From assembly GCA_030537155.1 (NCBI GenBank), contig JAUNOH010000001.1:47574-111573 (forward strand): a stretch of DNA of 64,000 nt, read 5' to 3'. Below are positions 60,005 through 64,000 of this stretch, piece after piece (positions within the stretch are counted from its first letter, which is position 1; every line of letters starts with the position of its first letter). The notes beneath the pieces were generated by a model that did no database searches, was not told the DNA's origin, and saw nothing but the letters and a program-made list of their open reading frames with translations. This stretch comes from Bacillota bacterium. GTDB lineage: Bacteria > Bacillota_I > Bacilli_A > RFN20 > CAG-826. The position numbers and the translations under genes are program-made.

Positions 60005-61058
60005 CAGTCCATCGCCTTCTCATAATCGAAATCGCCGTGGATGAACATGGCGTCGCCAAAGGAAAAGAAACGATATCTCTCCTCCACCGCCTCTTTATAG
60101 CAAAAGAGGGTGAACTGTCTTCCCATAAAGGCGGAAACCAGCATCACAAGCGTACTTTTTGGCAGATGGAAATTGGTGATCAAGGCATCGACGGCCTGAT
60201 AATGGTAACCCGGCGAAATAAAGATCGAGGTATCGTCCTCGCAAGCTTTGAATTCGCCATATTTGCCATAAACGGATTCCAGGGTTCTGACCGAAGTTGT
60301 GCCGATGGCGATGATTCTCCGGCCCTCAGCCTTGGCCTTATTCAAAACGTCCGCGGCCTCCTGGCTCATCTGGTAGGACTCACTGTGCATGTGATGGTCT
60401 TTGGTGTCGGTGACCTTAACCGGCCTGAAGGTTCCTAATCCGATATTCAAAGTGACGTCCACCACTTGGCATCCCATACCCACAATTTTTTTGAACAACT
60501 CTTCGGTGAAATGGAATCCAGCCGTCGGGGCGGCCGCGCTTCCCGGCACCTTCGCGTAGACGGTTTGATACTCCGAATTATCGGAGATCTGCTTTTTGAT
60601 ATAAGGGGGTAAGGGCATCTTGCCGAGGCTTTCCAAGACCTCGAGGAAAATACCCTCATAATGGAATTCCATGTGGCGGATTCCTTCGTCTAGGACTTTG
60701 ACGCAGGTCGCGGTCAATTCGCCATTCCCAAAGCTCACTTCGGTCCCAACGCGGACCGATCTCGCCCCACCGCAAAGGCATTCCCAGACATCGCCTTCAA
60801 TCTGCTTTAAAAGCAATAGCTCGCAGTGTCCGTTAGTCTTCGTCTTAACCCCTATAAGCCTGGCCGGAATGACCTTGGTGTTGTTTCTAACCAAGACATC
60901 CCCGGGGTTCAGGTATTCGAGGATATCGAAAAACTTTTTGTGCTCAACGGTTTTATTCCCGCGGTCGATGACCATCAAACGGCATTCATCACGGACTTTG
61001 GAGGGCGATTGAGCGATCAATTCCTCCGGCAAATCGAAATCGAATAGATTGATATCCA

Positions 61059-61059
<1 letters not shown>
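60004..61059 (-). CDS. queA: S-adenosylmethionine:tRNA ribosyltransferase-isomerase
   Basis: [14 protein letters not shown]...LPPYIKK...[10 protein letters not shown]...[10 protein letters not shown]. Confidence 0.95.
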
Positions 61060-62198
<1,139 letters not shown>

Positions 62199-62259
62199 CT
62201 AAGGAGTATGGGGCCGCACTTCAAACCATTGCAAAGCAAAAGCCCGGATATTGTTGTCT

Positions 62260-63327
62260 TTATTTTTCCTTTTTCCTGGTGAAGAAAATGGAGAGGAAGT
62301 ATCCGATTGCGAATATCAAATAAACCGTGATTGAGAGGGCCATGGAGGAGATGTCGCTGGCTTCCCCGCCCATGATGCTCGAAATCAAATATAGCAACAG
62401 CAAAACACCCAAGACGATGGTCATAACAAAGGTGAATTTGTTTAGTTTCGGTTTATCCAGGTAATGGTAGATTCCTCCCCAGCCAAGCAGCATGAAGAGG
62501 ACCCCCACCCCTGCGGCAAGCAGGACGATTATCAAGAAGACGATCTCCTCAGTCGGGGTTTCCATATGAACGAAAATGGAGGTGTATATCACGTTGAAGA
62601 TCGAGAAGAAGCCCATGATGATCATGGCCACCGAGGACACCAACACCATGTTCTTTCCGATCAACTCCCATTTTTTGGCAACCGAAGTAGTCCTGACCTC
62701 GTCCATCAATAGTTCGGAGCTTAATTGCTTGCTGCCGTCTTTATCGAAGAAGCCGATGACGTTGATTTTGATGAAGAGGCCGGCGTTGATGGAACGATAA
62801 TCATCGCCATATAGGAAGACGACGGACACCGCCTCCCAGATGAAGACCCAGGCGACGATATCCAATATCTCAGTAATGAAGTTATAGGATAAGGCTTCCT
62901 CGTCGTCGCCCCACCAGTTGTTGATTCGGCCAAACAGGTAGACAAAAAGAATAACCGCCCCAATCAAAGCCAAGACGGTCGCGGTCAATCCGGAACGTTT
63001 TTGTTCAAGTCTGGAACGATGCTGGTTTAACCTGATGGAATCGTTGAATGATTTAAGCAAAACATCGGGGTCATAGCCCTGATAATCGGCGATTCTCAGC
63101 TGAATATCCGCCTTCGTCCCAGTGGGGAGAGACATGAGCAATTCCTTGACGCCTTCCAGCGCCTCTTTCTTAAAGCGCGGATGATTCTTGGGGTCGATGA
63201 CATCCAAATCCAAAACGTCCTCGGCTTTCTCATAAGAGACTGGGATCGTGAAGATTTTCTTCTTTTCGTCGTAACGGTAATACTCGCGAAGGGTATCGAT
63301 ATGCTCTTGGGTGTTGTTAATACGCAT
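62260..63327 (-). CDS. Hypothetical polytopic membrane protein (soluble ~110-aa N-domain + ~7 predicted TM segments)
   Basis: 355-aa ORF between queT and tgt on the same strand; no family recognised. Confidence 0.55.
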   Translation of the reverse strand: MRINNTQEHIDTLREYYRYDEKKKIFTIPVSYEKAEDVLDLDVIDPKNHPRFKKEALEGVKELLMSLPTGTKADIQLRIADYQGYDPDVLLKSFNDSIRLNQHRSRLEQKRSGLTATVLALIGAVILFVYLFGRINNWWGDDEEALSYNFITEILDIVAWVFIWEAVSVVFLYGDDYRSINAGLFIKINVIGFFDKDGSKQLSSELLMDEVRTTSVAKKWELIGKNMVLVSSVAMIIMGFFSIFNVIYTSIFVHMETPTEEIVFLIIVLLAAGVGVLFMLLGWGGIYHYLDKPKLNKFTFVMTIVLGVLLLLYLISSIMGGEASDISSMALSITVYLIFAIGYFLSIFFTRKKEK

Positions 63328-63371
63328 CGGCCTGATTATAAAACAAAAGACGCGTAAACCCTAAAACGTTA

Positions 63372-63881
63372 TTAGAAACCGTAATCCAGATGGCGGTTGG
63401 TCTTGATGACGCCGAGGAAGCCTTTTCGCTTCTTCAAAGCCATGAAAATGATGTATCCGACGGCCATGGCTATCGTCTCACCCAATCCGACGGTTAAGAC
63501 GCAATACCAATAGTCCAGTTCCAATAGCCAGTTCAATTCGGCCGCCACCACGAAGGCGTTGACCAAAATTGGGTATAAAGCCGCCAGCCAAAGATAAGGC
63601 GTGCAATAGGCAATCAATATGGCGGATAGCAGGGTCGCCGAAGTTCCGATTAAGACGTCCCAAAGGCCGAGGGTACTATTGAAGTTGGCCAATAGGCAAC
63701 CCAGGGTGACGCCGAGGATGAAGTCGCGCCTGAAGAAGCATAGGAGCATCAAAAATTCAGCGATCCTGACTTGGATGTCGCCATAGGCAATCGGGGTTGA
63801 GGCGACCGTTAATACAAAATAAATCGCCGCGACGATTCCATTGCTGGCGATTTTGTAGGTTAGTGAACTTGATTGAGACAT
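63372..63881 (-). CDS. queT: QueT-family queuosine-precursor transporter (ECF S-component-like)
   Basis: 169 aa, 5-6 TM. IASNGIVAAIYFVLTV...DIQVRIAEFLMLL resembles the QueT family by recollection; the genomic context with tgt-queA-queH supports the call. Confidence 0.65.
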   Translation of the reverse strand: MSQSSSLTYKIASNGIVAAIYFVLTVASTPIAYGDIQVRIAEFLMLLCFFRRDFILGVTLGCLLANFNSTLGLWDVLIGTSATLLSAILIAYCTPYLWLAALYPILVNAFVVAAELNWLLELDYWYCVLTVGLGETIAMAVGYIIFMALKKRKGFLGVIKTNRHLDYGF

Positions 63882-63884
63882 TTT

Positions 63885-63932
63885 CCGTCCCTCCTGATTT
63901 TTTTACGCTGGGTGCCGAGGACTAACAGCGGA
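63885..63932 (-). promoter_or_regulatory. Candidate preQ1-I-like riboswitch in the queT leader
   Basis: Minus strand RNA: CGCUG-UUAGUCCUCGGCACC-CAGCG-UAAAAAAAUCAGGAGGGACGGAAAAUG. That is a 5-bp P1, an A-rich tail, and an SD (GAGG/GGAC) able to pair with loop CCUC/GUCC as a pseudoknot. The loop is longer than in the textbook B. subtilis/T. tengcongensis examples. Confidence 0.4.
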
Positions 63933-64000
63933 TTTCGATATGACCCTTTTGGGCAGGAAGATTATAGACGATAAAACGCCACAATCAACATAAAGAAAAG

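Noticed and set aside
62213-62228. Motif GGCCGCACTT(T)CAA shared between 19971..19985 and 62215..62228.
   Set aside because: This is a 13-14 nt match seen in only two copies. It is insufficient to call a repeat family and probably coincidental.

Overview
Bacterial chromosomal window from the translation/transcription core, with almost every gene on the minus strand. Reading the minus strand from high to low coordinates: a queuosine salvage locus (queT with a possible preQ1-type leader, tgt-queA-queH); a contiguous S10-spc-alpha ribosomal cluster (rpsJ to rplQ, 59.0-43.9 kb); a TetR / large Fe-S flavoprotein / hypA unit; an AT-rich two-gene island on the plus strand; a plus-strand FecCD-type ABC importer-hypB operon; then a Bacillus-like block of cysS, rlmB, sigH-like, rpmG-secE-nusG, rplKA, rplJL, ybxB-like methyltransferase, rpoBC, rpsL-rpsG-fusA. 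This synteny indicates a Bacillota lineage. The many extended ribosomal proteins and Ser-linker lipoproteins suggest a Mollicutes/Erysipelotrichia-like lineage, but that is inference only. TGA is a stop codon here (hypB, adk and tgt end in TGA), so the standard code 11 applies. The conserved backbone is interrupted at operon junctions by lineage-specific insertions: two Ser-rich lipoprotein genes between rpoC and rpsL, one with a ~515-aa near-pure poly-Ser tract; a ~6 kb block (S9 peptidase, Zn/Cd P1B-2 ATPase + ArsR, phosphoesterase, hypothetical) between rplK and nusG; a ROK-like regulator between sigH and rpmG; and mgtC between rlmB and cysS. The best candidate for an undescribed system is the AT-rich, terminator-bounded two-gene module at 38.1-39.8 kb, which splits hypB from hypA. 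Its genes are an XRE-HTH fused to a DUF3990-like (possibly ART-like) domain, overlapping a helical domain fused to a pyrophosphatase-like domain. No rRNA, tRNA, CRISPR array, transposase or integrase was found. I added three genes missing from the ORF track: fusA (runs off the window edge), rpmG and rpmJ (both under 60 aa).
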